DNA of 64,000 bases from Trichosphaerium sp. ATCC 40318 (Eukaryota > Protista > Tubulinea). The stretch spans positions 200,951-264,950 of the forward strand of contig JALMLS010000541.1 in the NCBI GenBank assembly GCA_038496445.1. The letters run 5' to 3'. Within the stretch, counting starts at the first letter, position 1. Every line of letters begins with the position of its first letter. Below, piece after piece: positions 62,445 to 64,000 of the stretch. Under the pieces are notes generated by a model, which was not told the DNA's origin, searched no databases, and saw only the letters and a list, made by a program, of their open reading frames with translations. Made by a program: the position numbers and the translations under genes.

Positions 62445-64000
62445 GCAGCCCTAAAGCATCTAAAAAGAAGAAGGGCAAGAAGAAGAAGGCCTCAAAGGAG
62501 CCAGAGGAAAATCCTCTAAGGTCTAGAGGCACACAAGGTACAACTCCTTTCTTTTTTTTTAAAACCCCTTCTATTAGTCTTTTTTTAATTAATTAAGACT
62601 AATAGAAGGGGTTTTTTTGCTTTTGGGAGTATTTTTCAAAGACCCTTAATTTTGAAATTCTCTTCAATGAAAATTTTCCTTTGTATTTCTCAAACTTGGG
62701 TCTGCTCCTAAATTGTTTTACAAAGTTTTTTAAACCTTGCGCAAGTCGCGATCTCGCGATCCGTTAGACACATATTTTTTTTTGTCGTGTCGAGGTCGCG
62801 AGCTCGCGACTTGCGTTACACAAACGTTTTATTGTCGCGTTTAAATTACAGCGACGCAATTTAAAGTAACTCTAGCAATTTTTTCTCTTTTTTTTGCGCG
62901 AGTTCAAAACCGGCTCGACGCAATAATTTTTATGTCGTACGCTAGTCGCGAGCTCGCGACCTCGTCGACACAAATTATTTTTTGTTGTACGCAAGTCGCG
63001 AGCTCGCGACCGCGTCGACACAGGTTTTTTTATTGTCGCGCGTAGGTCGCGAGCTCGCGACTTGCTTTACGCAGGGGTTCCTTTGTCAACTTTTTTTTTC
63101 CCTCCAATCTTAATCCTTTCTAATGTTCTATCTAGTGCCCACTAAGACTGGATGGATTTGTGTTGGTGGCACAGACTATGACTCCTATGCTGGAGTAATT
63201 GTTGGCACTCTGTTGCCTGAGAGCCAAGATATTCACTTTGGCTTCCTGTAAGTAAATTTTTTTGAACTTTTTTTTTTTTTTACATTGTTCATTATAACCT
63301 TTGACTGTTTGTACAGGAAACAACTCACTGTTGCAGGCACTGTCTATGCCTTGACCATGCCCATGGCACAAGTGGCTACAAAGCTTGTCCAATTTTTTGA
63401 TCTTGGCTTTGAGGCTGTCCTTGCAAGCCAAACCACAGAGGAAGAAGAGCTGTCCGAGGAATTCAGGGTACGTATTTCCGTTTTCACAGTTTCGTTGTTG
63501 CGTCGCGCGCTACCGTCGCTGATTTATTTTCTGTAGGAGAGGTTCCCTTGCTTCATCAGCCTTAACAGTCTAACTTCTTGGTTGAATAAGGTGAAGAGCC
63601 TCTATGAAGATGATATTAGAGGATGGTGGAGCCCTATGGACAAGCTTGCAGAGCACAAATCCTACTTCAGTGAGGCCATAGAGCAGGTCATAAAGCCAAC
63701 CAGAAAACAACTGGCTGACTTTGATCTCTATTGGTATGGTAATTGTGTTACCAGACAGCTCTATTGGCAGATTTTGCTTTGGACAGGTGTTTTCTTTACA
63801 GCAATGGGACTTGCTGCCACGAACTCCTGGTATTACTGTGCCATTTTGATGGTATTCTTCAGAGATTCTCTGTCCTTTAGAAATCACAAGGACTTCCGAG
63901 CATATACAGAGTACGCGAAATTCTTTAATTTTTTCACTCGTTTTTATTTGCGTCGTGTCGGTCGCGAGCTCGCGACCGAGTTCGCAGGTTTTTCTTTGTG
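62445..64000 (+). CDS. Hypothetical multi-exon protein; start unknown, runs off the window
   Basis: In-frame exons: SPKASKKKKGKKKK...TQ | 63136-63248 | 63317-63467 | 63537-63910, the last with hydrophobic QILLWTGVFFTAMGLAA; GT..AG bounded. Confidence 0.6.
62735..63075. repeat. 50-bp-period tandem array with palindromic core GTCGCGAGCTCGCGAC, inside an intron
   Basis: Cores at 62745 (imperfect), 62795, 62895 (degenerate), 62945, 62995 and 63046, separated by T-tracts; another copy at 63958-63979. Confidence 0.9.

Noticed and set aside
62735-63075. CRISPR array
   Set aside because: The linkers resemble each other rather than being unique spacers, there are no cas genes, and the context is a eukaryotic intron.
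63570-63887. Minus-strand 105-aa ORF
   Set aside because: Shadow of the longer plus-strand exon, which has proper splice boundaries.

Overview
This is eukaryotic, AT-rich, gene-dense DNA with many short (mostly ~35-100 nt) spliceosomal introns, so the supplied ORF track is largely exon fragments. I rebuilt the genes by hand from GT/GC..AG boundaries, and ends may be slightly off. Gene content (GMF, Rab4, Rho, G-alpha, GCK-III kinase, importin-5, SEL1-TKL kinase, an S74-domain protein) suggests a free-living protist, probably an amoebozoan (inference). The first 15 kb is a duplicated, defence-like island. It holds a PD-(D/E)XK nuclease-like gene and two copies of a gene with a DZIP3-like HEPN domain (RNSISH), TPR, SEL1 and an OB-like domain. 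Each copy sits head-to-head, 128 nt away, with an atypical tRNA-Lys(UUU) carrying G37. A solo third tRNA, an intronless F-box-LamG gene and decayed relics complete the island. This HEPN/variant-tRNA pairing is my best candidate for an undescribed system. Other highlights are a membrane-tethered self-cleaving (peptidase S74) factor, a Campylobacterota-like ProC ending in SKL, a U12-type AT-AC intron, a 7-nt micro-exon and window-wide CACGTG enrichment. The last 2.5 kb is CpG-poor and carries telomere-like motifs and a 50-bp palindromic array.
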